This document shows positions 26,274 through 34,647 of a stretch of DNA of 46,030 nucleotides, piece by piece. Under the pieces are notes generated by a model. The model was given only the letters and a program-made list of their open reading frames with translations. It did not search any database and was not told the origin of the DNA. Each line of letters opens with the position of its first letter. Position 1 is the stretch's first letter. This stretch comes from Acidimicrobiales bacterium. GTDB taxonomy: Bacteria > Actinomycetota > Acidimicrobiia > Acidimicrobiales > Bog-793. The stretch lies in assembly GCA_035534715.1 (NCBI GenBank), contig DATLRJ010000011.1:1-46030 (forward strand), given 5' to 3'. Made by a program: the position numbers and the translations under genes.

Positions 26274-26340
26274 TCGCAACGTGGAACGGCTGACCGCGAC
26301 GTGGAACGGCTGACCGCGACATGGTACGGCTGACCACGCG
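26254..26340 (+). repeat. 20-bp tandem repeat x4.3 (YCGCRACGTGGAACGGCTGA); the first copy is the last codons plus stop of the histidine phosphatase gene
   Basis: Copies at 26254-26273 (gene end), 26274-26293, 26294-26313 and 26314-26333 (diverged: ATGGTACGG), then a partial copy. Each ends in TGA. Confidence 0.95.
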
Positions 26341-26345
26341 GCCCA

Positions 26346-26430
26346 TCGACCGGGGCGCGTGAGCCGCCGGCACGAGTCAGTCGACCGGGGCGCGTGAGCC
26401 GACCGGCACGAGTCAGTCGATCGGGGCGAG
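26346..26430. repeat. 35/36-bp tandem repeat x2.4 ending in the last codons plus stop of the Rrf2 gene (minus strand)
   Basis: Copy 26346-26380 and copy 26381-26416 differ by one inserted A. The partial copy 26417-26430 is Rrf2 coding sequence. The string GTCAGTCGA recurs at 26376, 26412. Confidence 0.9.
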
Positions 26431-26868
26431 CACCGTGGAGCCGTCGCGCGCGCGAGCCACCATGTCGGCGAGCGTGAACGAGTCGAGGTGCTCGCGCATG
26501 TGGGTGCCGACCTCGGACCACACCGAGAGAAGCACGCACTGCCCCTCGTGGCTGCACGCGCCGTTCTCGTGAGGCGCCCCGAAGTCGCCGACGGCGATCG
26601 GTCCGTCGGTCGCGCTCACTATCGCCCCGAGCGTGATCTCCTCGGGCGGGCGGGCGAGCACGTAGCCCCCGCCGACGCCGCGCTTCGAGCGCACGATCCC
26701 CGCTCCCTTGAGTGCGAGAAGTATCTGCTCGAGGTAGGGCTGGGGCAGCCCGGTCCTCTCGGCGATGTCGCGTACCGAGGTCGGGCCCTGGCTATCCGCG
26801 CGCAGCGCGAGCGAGAGCAGCGCCCTGCTCGCGTAGTCGCCGCGCGTCGAGACCTTCACGCTCTCCAT
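26413..26868 (-). CDS. Rrf2-family transcriptional regulator
   Basis: Lies inside track ORF 26413..27108, starting at ATG 26868. MESVKVSTRGDYASRALLSLA..VRDIAERTGLPQPYLEQILLALKGAGIVRSKRGVGGGYVLAR is a typical Rrf2 winged helix. Only two Cys (CSHEGQC) are present. Confidence 0.85.
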   Translation of the reverse strand: MESVKVSTRGDYASRALLSLALRADSQGPTSVRDIAERTGLPQPYLEQILLALKGAGIVRSKRGVGGGYVLARPPEEITLGAIVSATDGPIAVGDFGAPHENGACSHEGQCVLLSVWSEVGTHMREHLDSFTLADMVARARDGSTVLAPID

Positions 26869-26894
26869 GCTACGGCTCGCCCGCCGGTCGCCGT

Positions 26895-28097
26895 ATGCTT
26901 GCGCCGATGGACCACGTGGCGGGCGGGGCGGCGGCGTCCCGGCTCGTGGACGAGGGTCGTCGGCGGGAGCCCCCCCGAGCAGCGGGGTCTGCGGTCGAGG
27001 AGTCGCCCGTCCTTCCGGACTACGGTGGCGCGTGCCTGAGCGAAGTCGTCCCCGCCCTGCTGGGGCGTGACCGGAGCGGCTCGCCCGCCTGGCTCCCCGA
27101 CGCCGCACGGCGCGCTGAACAGGTCGTGCTCCTCGTCCTCGACGGACTCGGATACGAGCAGCTCCTCGAGCGGCGCTCGCTCGCGCCGGTCCTTGCCTCG
27201 ATGGCGGGTGGACCGATCACCTCCGTCGCCCCGACGACGACCGCGACCGCGCTCACCTCGCTCGCGACGGGTTTGGCGCCGTCCGACCACGGCGTCGTCG
27301 GCTACCGGGTCGCGACGCGGCGCGGCGTCCTGAACGTCCTCAAGTGGGCGACGCCCGCCGGAGACGCGCGGGCGAGCATCCCGCCGGACCAGTTCCAGCC
27401 GCACGCCGCGTTCCGCGGGCGCGCGTGCCCGGTCGTGTCGCGTGCGGAGTTCGCCGGCTCGGGGTTCACCGAGGCGCACCTGCGAGGGTCGCGCCTCGTC
27501 GGGTGGCGCGTCGCGTCGAGCCTCCCCGTCGACGTCGCGGCGCTGATCGCCGAGGGTGAGCCGCTCGTCTACGCGTACTACGACGGCATCGACAAGGTCG
27601 CGCACGACACCGGGCTCGGGGCACACTACGACGCCGAGCTCCGGGCGGTGGACCGTCTCGTCGAGGACCTCGCCGCCGTGCTACCTGTGGGCGCCGCCCT
27701 CGTCGTCACCGCGGACCACGGCCAGGTCGAGGTGCGTGACGCGCCGCTCGAGATCGACGCGGAGATCTCACAGGATGTCGTCCAGTTCTCCGGCGAGGGC
27801 CGCTTCCGCTGGCTGCACGTGAGCCCCGGCGCGACCGAGAATGTCGCCGAGCGATGCCGTCAGAGGTACGGGGATGTCGCGTGGGTGCGCACGCGCGACG
27901 AGATCGTCGCGCAGCGGTGGCTCGGGGACCCGCCGTCGCCCGAGGTCGAGCGGCGCCTCGGGGACGTCGCACTCGTCGCTCGTGCCCCGGTTGCGTTCTT
28001 CGACCCGTCGGACACCGGGGAGCTCCGGCTCGTGTCCCGCCACGGATCGGTGACCGCAGCGGAGATGCTCGTGCCACTGCTCGCGACCGGCTCGTGA
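26895..28097 (+). CDS. Alkaline-phosphatase-superfamily protein (type I phosphodiesterase/nucleotide pyrophosphatase-like)
   Basis: Lies inside track ORF 26712..28097. It has ..VVLLVLDGLGYEQL.., ..SVAPTTTATALTSLATGL.PSDHGVVGY.., ..YYDGIDKVAHD.G.. and ..VVTADHGQV... The start is ATG 26895 or 26907, both in the same frame. Confidence 0.7.
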   Translation: MLAPMDHVAGGAAASRLVDEGRRREPPRAAGSAVEESPVLPDYGGACLSEVVPALLGRDRSGSPAWLPDAARRAEQVVLLVLDGLGYEQLLERRSLAPVLASMAGGPITSVAPTTTATALTSLATGLAPSDHGVVGYRVATRRGVLNVLKWATPAGDARASIPPDQFQPHAAFRGRACPVVSRAEFAGSGFTEAHLRGSRLVGWRVASSLPVDVAALIAEGEPLVYAYYDGIDKVAHDTGLGAHYDAELRAVDRLVEDLAAVLPVGAALVVTADHGQVEVRDAPLEIDAEISQDVVQFSGEGRFRWLHVSPGATENVAERCRQRYGDVAWVRTRDEIVAQRWLGDPPSPEVERRLGDVALVARAPVAFFDPSDTGELRLVSRHGSVTAAEMLVPLLATGS

Positions 28098-28714
28098 GGA
28101 TCTATACGCGCCGCGGCGACGACGGCACGACGGACCTGCGCGCGGGAGGCCGGGTGCCGAAGGACAGCCTCGAGATCGAGCTCAACGGCACGGTCGACGA
28201 AGCCCAGGCCGCACTCGGCCTCGCCCGCGCCGAGTGCTCCTCGGGAGGAGCGCTCGACACGATCCTCTTGGCTCTCGAGCGCGACCTGTGGGTCCTCATG
28301 GCCGAGGTCGCGACCGCCGCCGACCGCCGTGGTGAGCTCGTGCCGGGGAAGACGGCGGTCACTGCCGAGATGGTCGCCGGCGTGGAGGCGACGATCGACA
28401 CGGTGAGCTCTACCCTCGAGATCGCGCGCGGCTTCGCAGTGCCCGGGGGGGGCCGGTGCTCCGCGGCACTCGACCTCGCACGGACGATCGTCCGGCGCGC
28501 CGAGCGCCTCGCAGTCGCGAGCAGCGCGGCGCGCGCGGGGGCGCCGACCGGTGACGGCGCGCCGCCGTCACTCGTCCGCCCCTATCTCAACCGCCTCTCC
28601 GACCTCTGCTGGGCGCTCGCTCGCTCGAGTGAGGACGAGCATCTGCGCGCCGTCGACGTGCGGGCGCGCGATTCGCGATCGACCGACACCGCGACCGCAC
28701 GCCCGGTCACGTGA
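28094..28714 (+). CDS. PduO-type ATP:cob(I)alamin adenosyltransferase
   Basis: Lies inside track ORF 27854..28714. GTG 28094 overlaps the upstream stop. It has the N-terminal IYTRRGDDGTTDL, ..NGTVDEAQAALGLAR.. and ..DLW.LMAEVA... Confidence 0.85.
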   Translation: MRIYTRRGDDGTTDLRAGGRVPKDSLEIELNGTVDEAQAALGLARAECSSGGALDTILLALERDLWVLMAEVATAADRRGELVPGKTAVTAEMVAGVEATIDTVSSTLEIARGFAVPGGGRCSAALDLARTIVRRAERLAVASSAARAGAPTGDGAPPSLVRPYLNRLSDLCWALARSSEDEHLRAVDVRARDSRSTDTATARPVT

Positions 28715-28734
28715 GACAAGGAGCCCGCAATCCG

Positions 28735-30246
28735 ATGATCCTCGCCACCGCATCCCCCACACGCAGCGAAGGAGTCGACGCGACGGCCTTGCTCGTGCTC
28801 GCCGACCTCGAGCCGGTGTCGGAGGGTCTGAACGTCGACCGCGAGCTGTGCAGGCTGCGCGGCTTCGAGGCGAAGCTCGCGACGACGCTCCAGCGCGAGT
28901 CCGCGACCGACCCCGGAACGCTCGAGATCCTCGTCGGGCTCGGACCGAGAGAGCGCGTCGACGCGGAGGCGCTGCGACGGGCGGGCGCGGCCGCGGTGCG
29001 CGCCGCTGGCCGGTCGCGCGCTCTCTCGATCGTGCTCTCCGGCCTCGACGTCGCGGGCCTCGACGTCGAGGCTGCGGCGTCTGCCCTCGTCGAGGGCTCG
29101 CTGCTCGCCGCCTACTCCTACGACCGCTACCGGTCCGACCCCGATCCGGTCGAGCTCGAGAGTGTCGAGGTCGTCGCGAGGGACGCGGACGCCGCGGCGC
29201 GCGGGGTCGAGCGTGCCGCAGTCGTCGCAGAGGCCGTCGGGCTCGCGCGTGACCTCGTGAACACGCCTCCGGGCGAGTGCACGCCGCGCGACTTCGCCGG
29301 TGTCGCGACCGAGGTGGCGCGGCGCACGGGCCTCGAGATCCACGTCATGGACGAGGAGGAGATGACCGCGGAGCGCCTCGGCGGGATCCTCGCGGTGGCG
29401 CGCGGCTCCGCGGAGCCGCCACGGCTCGTGCGGGCCGAGTACGTGCCCGAGCACGCCGACGGCGCGCCTCCGGCGACAGTCGTGCTCGTCGGGAAGGGAA
29501 TCACGTTCGACTCGGGCGGGCTCTCGATCAAGCCCGCGGCCGGGATGATGACGATGAAGACGGATATGAGCGGTGCGGCGGCCGTGCTGGCGACCTTGTC
29601 GGCCTGCCGTCGACTCGAGGTCGCGGTGCGCGTCGTCGGCTACATGGCGATGACCGAGAACATGCCTGGCGGTCGGGCGACGAAGCCCGGCGACGTCTTG
29701 CGTGCGCGCAACGGCAAGACGATCGAGGTGCTCAACACCGACGCAGAGGGAAGGCTCGTCCTCGCCGACGCGTTGAGCCTCGCCGCCGAGCTCGACCCCG
29801 ACGCGATCGTCGACCTCGCGACGCTCACGGGCGCGTGCGTCGTCGCTCTCGGCTCCGGCATCGCCGGGGTGATGGGCAACGACGATCGGCTCGTCGACGC
29901 GATCGGGTCCGCGTCACGCCGCGCCGGCGAGGCGACGTGGCACCTCCCGCTCCCCGAGGGGTACCGTTCACACATCGAGTCCGAGATCGCCGACATGAAG
30001 AACCTCGGCACCGCCGGCCAGGCGGGCGCTCTCTCGGCGGGACTGCTGCTCGAGGAGTTCGTCGGGACCACGCCGTGGGTGCATCTCGACATCGCGGGTC
30101 CGGCGCGCTCCGACGAGGACAAGGGCTATCGCCGCAAGGGAGGCACGGGCTTCGGGGTGCGGACCCTCCTCGAGCTTCTCGCCTCGTACGAGCCACTTGG
30201 CGGAGCGGTCACCGGCCGGGCGAGCGGGACGGAGGTGCTGAGATGA
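28735..30246 (+). CDS. pepA: Leucyl aminopeptidase (M17 family)
   Basis: Lies inside track ORF 28711..30246. ATG 28735 follows AAGGAG at 28718-28723. It has the M17 signature NTDAEGRLVLAD and GKGITFDSGGLSIKP. GTG 28711 is an alternative start. Confidence 0.92.
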   Translation: MILATASPTRSEGVDATALLVLADLEPVSEGLNVDRELCRLRGFEAKLATTLQRESATDPGTLEILVGLGPRERVDAEALRRAGAAAVRAAGRSRALSIVLSGLDVAGLDVEAAASALVEGSLLAAYSYDRYRSDPDPVELESVEVVARDADAAARGVERAAVVAEAVGLARDLVNTPPGECTPRDFAGVATEVARRTGLEIHVMDEEEMTAERLGGILAVARGSAEPPRLVRAEYVPEHADGAPPATVVLVGKGITFDSGGLSIKPAAGMMTMKTDMSGAAAVLATLSACRRLEVAVRVVGYMAMTENMPGGRATKPGDVLRARNGKTIEVLNTDAEGRLVLADALSLAAELDPDAIVDLATLTGACVVALGSGIAGVMGNDDRLVDAIGSASRRAGEATWHLPLPEGYRSHIESEIADMKNLGTAGQAGALSAGLLLEEFVGTTPWVHLDIAGPARSDEDKGYRRKGGTGFGVRTLLELLASYEPLGGAVTGRASGTEVLR

Positions 30247-31124
30247 CTGACGAGCACGCGACGAGCGACGCGATGCAGGACACCGGCGACGCCGGGCCCG
30301 ACGCGGCGCGCACCTCCTCCGGCGACGACGAAAGCGACAACGGCGGCGCGGGAGGCGACGTCTCGGAGCCGAGCAGCCCGCGGACGCTCGCGATCGATAT
30401 AGGCGGCACGGGGCTGAAGGCCGCGGTGCTCGACGCGGCCGGCCGGATGGTGGCTGACCGTGTCCGCGTTCCGACGACCTATCCGATGCCGCCCGACGCG
30501 CTCGTATCGGCCCTCGTCGCCCTCGCCGGCCCGCTTCCGAGCTACGACCGTGTCGCCGTAGGCTTCCCGGGCGTGGTGCGCGAGGGCCGGGTGCTCACCG
30601 CGCCGCACTTCGTCACGGAGTCCGGGCCCGGCTCCCCGGTTGTCGACGCCCTGCTCGCCGAGTGGACGGGCTTCGACGCGACCGGCGCGCTCTCGCAACA
30701 CCTCGGCCGACCGTGCCGGATCGCGAACGACGCGGACCTCCAGGGGCTCGCCGTCGTCTCGGGCACGGGCCTCGAGCTCGTCGTCACGCTCGGCACCGGC
30801 GTCGGCACCGGCGTGTTCTCGAACGGGAACATCGCTCCGCATCTCGAGCTCGCGCAGTCGCCATTTCGCAAGGGCCAGACATACAACGAGCAGCTCGGGG
30901 ACTCGACGCTCCAAAGGATCGGCCTCGCGAAGTGGCGGAAGCGCCTCCTCGAGGCGCTCGACAACTTCCACGTCCTGTTGAACTTCGACCGGTGCTACAT
31001 CGGAGGCGGCAACGCGCGGCACGCGCAGGGCCACGTCGACGATCGCTATGTCATCGTCGACAACGTCGCGGGCCTCCTCGGTGGGCTCAAGCTCTGGGAC
31101 GAGGGCACCCTCCACGCGATCTGA
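30243..31124 (+). CDS. ppgK: ROK-family polyphosphate/ATP glucokinase
   Basis: Lies inside track ORF 29277..31124. ATG 30243 overlaps the pepA stop (ATGA). After an acidic roughly 45-aa N-terminal tail come LAIDIGGTGLKAAV, ..GFPGVV..G.. and ..NDADLQGLA.. as in PpgK. Confidence 0.85.
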   Translation: MTDEHATSDAMQDTGDAGPDAARTSSGDDESDNGGAGGDVSEPSSPRTLAIDIGGTGLKAAVLDAAGRMVADRVRVPTTYPMPPDALVSALVALAGPLPSYDRVAVGFPGVVREGRVLTAPHFVTESGPGSPVVDALLAEWTGFDATGALSQHLGRPCRIANDADLQGLAVVSGTGLELVVTLGTGVGTGVFSNGNIAPHLELAQSPFRKGQTYNEQLGDSTLQRIGLAKWRKRLLEALDNFHVLLNFDRCYIGGGNARHAQGHVDDRYVIVDNVAGLLGGLKLWDEGTLHAI

Positions 31125-31180
31125 GCAGCTCCAGTCGCCCCCGCCCGCGGCCCGCGGCGCGAGACGTGTCGGTGGGGCGC

Positions 31181-31543
31181 TCACGAAGGTAGCGACACGC
31201 TCCCGGTGCACTGAGCGACGAGCGCGCTCACGAGCTCGGACTCGGGGACACGCGAGCTCTCCGAGAGGGTCGCCTCGAGGGCCTGCCACTGACCGTCGCT
31301 GCTCGCCGCCAGCGCGGCGAGCGGGAGCGCCCTGCGAAGCGCGGTGAGGGCCGACGCCCGGAGCGCGCTGGCGGCGTGCGCGTCTCGTGACCGCTGCGCG
31401 GCGTCGAACTGCCGGAGCGAGGTCGCGACCTCGGCGCACGCGTGGCGGCCGAGCGTGCCGGAGCCGCCGCTGCACCCTGCCGCAAGCACGCCCGCGCAGA
31501 TCGCGGTGGCGGCGACGCTCGCGACGCGACGCGGACGGCTCAC
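31181..31543 (-). CDS. Putative lipoprotein, unknown function
   Basis: Track ORF 31181..31543. It has a signal peptide with the lipobox VLAAGC. It begins 10 nt downstream of the preceding minus-strand gene, so is likely co-transcribed. I recognise no family. Confidence 0.5.
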   Translation of the reverse strand: MSRPRRVASVAATAICAGVLAAGCSGGSGTLGRHACAEVATSLRQFDAAQRSRDAHAASALRASALTALRRALPLAALAASSDGQWQALEATLSESSRVPESELVSALVAQCTGSVSLPS

Positions 31544-31553
31544 CGGCGGGCGG

Positions 31554-32114
31554 TCACTCTCCGAGCCACTCCGGGGCCGCGTCGAGGAGGAACTTGCTCA
31601 CAGCGAGCGCCCGGTCGAACGTGTCGCACAGCAGCTCCTCGCCCGCGAGGACCCGCGCGAGGGACACGTCCTCGCGCGCGACGATCGTGAGCCGGCGCAC
31701 AGGGGGATCGGTGACCGAGCCGAAGGAGTCGGTCGCGGATATCTCGAGGGGCAGGTCCACGCCGCCGACGCCCGCGAGGTCGATCGCGAGGCGGAGGAGG
31801 TCCGGGCCGTTCGGCAGCGGTGGGACGCCCCAGTTGAACGTGAGGGGAAAGGACCACTTGTCCGGGGGCTCGGCGTCGTCGGGGAGCGCGACGACGGCGT
31901 CCTCGAAGTCGAGCAGCGTGCGCGGGTCGACCTCCAGCGCGAGGTGGAGGTCGATCGGCCCTCCGCAGCCCTCCTCGGGGTGGAGGTCGACCTCCCAGAA
32001 CTGGCGCAGCGAGTACGTCTCGACGAAGTGCCGCTCATCGTGCACGTGGAAGCCATGGTCGACGGCGTGGTCCTTGAGCTCGGTCACGTAACCGGCGACG
32101 TCGATGACGGCCAT
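31554..32114 (-). CDS. Acidic cytoplasmic hypothetical protein
   Basis: Lies inside track ORF 31554..32426, starting at ATG 32114 (MAVIDVAGYVTELKDH..). Codon third positions are strongly G/C and the composition is non-repetitive and normal, unlike the Arg-rich N-terminal part of the track ORF. Confidence 0.6.
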   Translation of the reverse strand: MAVIDVAGYVTELKDHAVDHGFHVHDERHFVETYSLRQFWEVDLHPEEGCGGPIDLHLALEVDPRTLLDFEDAVVALPDDAEPPDKWSFPLTFNWGVPPLPNGPDLLRLAIDLAGVGGVDLPLEISATDSFGSVTDPPVRRLTIVAREDVSLARVLAGEELLCDTFDRALAVSKFLLDAAPEWLGE

Positions 32115-32167
32115 CAGGACAGCGAGTGTAGGCCGCGCCCGGCCGTCGCCCGGTAGCCTCGGGCGGC

Positions 32168-32932
32168 GTGGATCCCGACACGTTGCTCGAGGCCCTCGCA
32201 CGCGCGTCGGACGCCGTCGCAGTGGCGCTCTCGTCGCTCGAGGACTGGAGCCTCGCAGGGACACGGCCCGGCCAGTACCGGAGCGACCTCGTCGCGGACC
32301 CGGCGGCCGTCGATGTGCTGCTCGCGGCGGGCCTCGGGGTGCTGAGCGAAGAGTCGGGCACGCACGAGCCCGATCGACCGCTCCTCGCGGTGCTCGACCC
32401 GGTCGACGGCTCGACGAACGCGTCACGCGGCCTCCCGTGGTACGCGACGAGCATCTGCGTGCTCGATGCGAACGGGCCCCTCGCGGCCCACGTCGTCAAC
32501 CAGGCGACGCGTACGCGCTACGAGGCGATCCGCGGGAGGGGCGCGCGACGTGACGGTCGCTCGATCACGCCGTCGGGGGTGACTCGGCTCGACCGCTCGA
32601 CGCTCGGGATCTCGGGCTACCCGTCGCACCATCTCGGCTGGCGCCAGTACCGGGCGCTCGGCGCGATGGCCCTCGATCTCTGCGCGGTCGCCGACGGAAC
32701 CCTCGACGGCTTCGTCGACTGCGTCGGTGGCCCGCACGGGGGCCCGTGGGACTACCTCGGCGCCCTGCTCGTCTGCGAGGAAGCAGGCGCGGTCGTCGTC
32801 GACGCGCACGGCCGGGACCTCGTCGTGCGCGATCCCAGCGAGGCGCGCAGTCCCGTCGCAGGGGCGACGCCCGAGCTGTTGACCGCGTTGCTCGCGGCGC
32901 GGGCGGCCGCGGCCGGGGCGGAGAGCCAGTAG
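32168..32932 (+). CDS. Inositol monophosphatase family protein (SuhB/ImpA/HisN-like)
   Basis: Track ORF 32168..32932. It has the IMPase motifs VLDPVDGSTNASRGLPWYATS and GPWDYLGALLVCEEAGAVV. Confidence 0.85.
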   Translation: MDPDTLLEALARASDAVAVALSSLEDWSLAGTRPGQYRSDLVADPAAVDVLLAAGLGVLSEESGTHEPDRPLLAVLDPVDGSTNASRGLPWYATSICVLDANGPLAAHVVNQATRTRYEAIRGRGARRDGRSITPSGVTRLDRSTLGISGYPSHHLGWRQYRALGAMALDLCAVADGTLDGFVDCVGGPHGGPWDYLGALLVCEEAGAVVVDAHGRDLVVRDPSEARSPVAGATPELLTALLAARAAAAGAESQ

Positions 32933-32942
32933 CCTCCGCCCG

Positions 32943-33698
32943 GTGAGCGACGTGACGGGAGGACGAGGGCCCGCGACGACAGATCGTCCACCGCTCGAAC
33001 GGCTGCTCGCCCTCCAAGACGAGGACGTGCACGCCGATCAGCTCGCTCACCGCCGCCACCATCTCCCCGAGCAGGTCGCCGCGGACTCGATCGTCGCGTC
33101 GCTCGCCGCGCTCGAGAGCTCGTCGTCGGCCGCCCGCCGTGAGCGCGCGGAGCTCGCGGCGCGTGAGGAGGCCCTAGAGCGCGAGACGGGCGAGGTCGTC
33201 GCGCGAGTCGCGGCGATCGAGGCGCGCTCGCGCTCTGGTGCCGCGTCGTCCTACCGAGATCAAGAGGCCATGGCGAGCGAGGTTGGCGCGCTGGGCCGCC
33301 GACGAGGCGAGCTCGAGGAGCAGGAGCTCGAGGTGCTAGAGGCGAGCGAGCCGCTCGACGCCGAGCTCGCGCGGGTCGACGCACAGCGGGGAGCGCTCGG
33401 ACAGCAGCTCGCCGCGGCGAAGGTCGCCCTCGCCGCGAGCGCCACACAGGTCGACGAGGAGATCCTGGCGTCGGCCGCGCGGCGGGAGGAGCTCGCGACG
33501 GTGGTGCCCGCCGGGCTCCTCGCCGAGTACGAGCGTCTCCGGGCGAGGCTCGACGGAGTCGGAGTCGCCCGGGTCGTGCGCGGCGCGTGCTCCGGCTGCC
33601 ATCTCTCGCTGCCGGCGACCGAGGTCGACCGCCTCCGGCATCTCTCCGAGGGGAGCGTCGCGCACTGCGAGCAGTGCGGAAGGATCCTCGTCCCGTGA
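32943..33698 (+). CDS. Coiled-coil protein with C-terminal C4 zinc ribbon (DUF164 / CT398-like)
   Basis: Track ORF 32943..33698. It has a long Ala/Glu/Arg coiled coil and then CSGCHLSL....HCEQCGRILV. Confidence 0.75.
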   Translation: MSDVTGGRGPATTDRPPLERLLALQDEDVHADQLAHRRHHLPEQVAADSIVASLAALESSSSAARRERAELAAREEALERETGEVVARVAAIEARSRSGAASSYRDQEAMASEVGALGRRRGELEEQELEVLEASEPLDAELARVDAQRGALGQQLAAAKVALAASATQVDEEILASAARREELATVVPAGLLAEYERLRARLDGVGVARVVRGACSGCHLSLPATEVDRLRHLSEGSVAHCEQCGRILVP

Positions 33699-34270
33699 CG
33701 GGCCAGACGCGGCATCCCGGACCGCTCGCGGCGGCGGCGCGTCACCGACCGCGGGCCGCGCTCGTGCTCGCGGCGACGGCCGCGCTCCTCACCGCCTGCG
33801 GCGGCTCACCCGCGGCGACCAGCGCCTCGACGACGGTTCCCCGCGTGACGACACCCGCTGCCCCTGTCGCGCGTCTACCGCTCGCGACGCTGCGGTCGCG
33901 GTACCTCGCGATCGTGACTCCCGCCGACAAGGCGTTTGCCGCGTTCCAGCCGAAGCTCGACACCCTCACGGTCGCGGTGAGCCGCGCGCAGCTCAATACG
34001 GCGCTCGCTCCGGTCGCGAGAGCGATCGCGCGCTCCGGACGCTCGCTGTACGAGCTACGGCGAGCTGCGCCGCCGAGGATCGCGCGGGACATGCTCGTGG
34101 TCGTGTCGAGCGACAACACCGTCTGGCAGGGTCTCCAAGACCTCGACCAGGGATGGGGGAGCCGATCGTTCGACTACGCGAGCTGGCAGGGAGCGTTCGC
34201 GGCCGCGGTCCACGGGGCCGACGCTGCCGGAGCGACGTTGCGATCGGCCCTCGGCGCCCGCCGCACGTGA
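33695..34270 (+). CDS. Putative lipoprotein, unknown function
   Basis: Lies inside track ORF 33587..34270. GTG 33695 overlaps the upstream stop. It has a signal peptide with the lipobox LLTAC. Confidence 0.5.
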   Translation: MTGQTRHPGPLAAAARHRPRAALVLAATAALLTACGGSPAATSASTTVPRVTTPAAPVARLPLATLRSRYLAIVTPADKAFAAFQPKLDTLTVAVSRAQLNTALAPVARAIARSGRSLYELRRAAPPRIARDMLVVVSSDNTVWQGLQDLDQGWGSRSFDYASWQGAFAAAVHGADAAGATLRSALGARRT

Positions 34271-34288
34271 ACGGCTCGTGACCGTTCG

Positions 34289-34567
34289 GTGAACCTACGC
34301 GCGATCGCGCGCGAACCGCGCGTGGCCGGCGCGCGCCGATCGTGGGATCATGGAGGTGTGAACCGCTACGACGAGATCTTCAGCACCCAGCCTGGTCGAT
34401 GCTTCCGCTACGTCGAAGACGAGGGCGGCCGCCCGGTGAGCTGTCCCGCGCCCGTCGAATGGCGCGGCCACTTCCAGCCGCCGAAGGGCACGGCGCGCCT
34501 CGTGACCGCGTGCGACGCGCACTCGGGCGGCCTCTACCGGCCAGACCCGCTTCCGACGCGACGCTAG
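34289..34567 (+). CDS. Small hypothetical protein (Cys/His-containing)
   Basis: Track ORF 34289..34567. Third-position G/C is high from about 34358 onward, and GTG 34358 is an alternative start. I recognise no family. Confidence 0.3.
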   Translation: MNLRAIAREPRVAGARRSWDHGGVNRYDEIFSTQPGRCFRYVEDEGGRPVSCPAPVEWRGHFQPPKGTARLVTACDAHSGGLYRPDPLPTRR

Positions 34568-34647
34568 GCCCGGGCGGGCGACGCGCAATCCATTCCGGGG
34601 CAGCGGTCGTATCCCTTGCGGGTCCGCCGTCACCGAGGGAGGTCGTC

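Noticed and set aside
24487-26430. CRISPR array interpretation of the short direct repeats at 24487-24541, 26254-26340 and 26346-26430
   Set aside because: The units are directly abutting with no unique spacers. They are only 17-36 bp with 2-4 copies, and no cas genes are present. They are plain tandem repeats.
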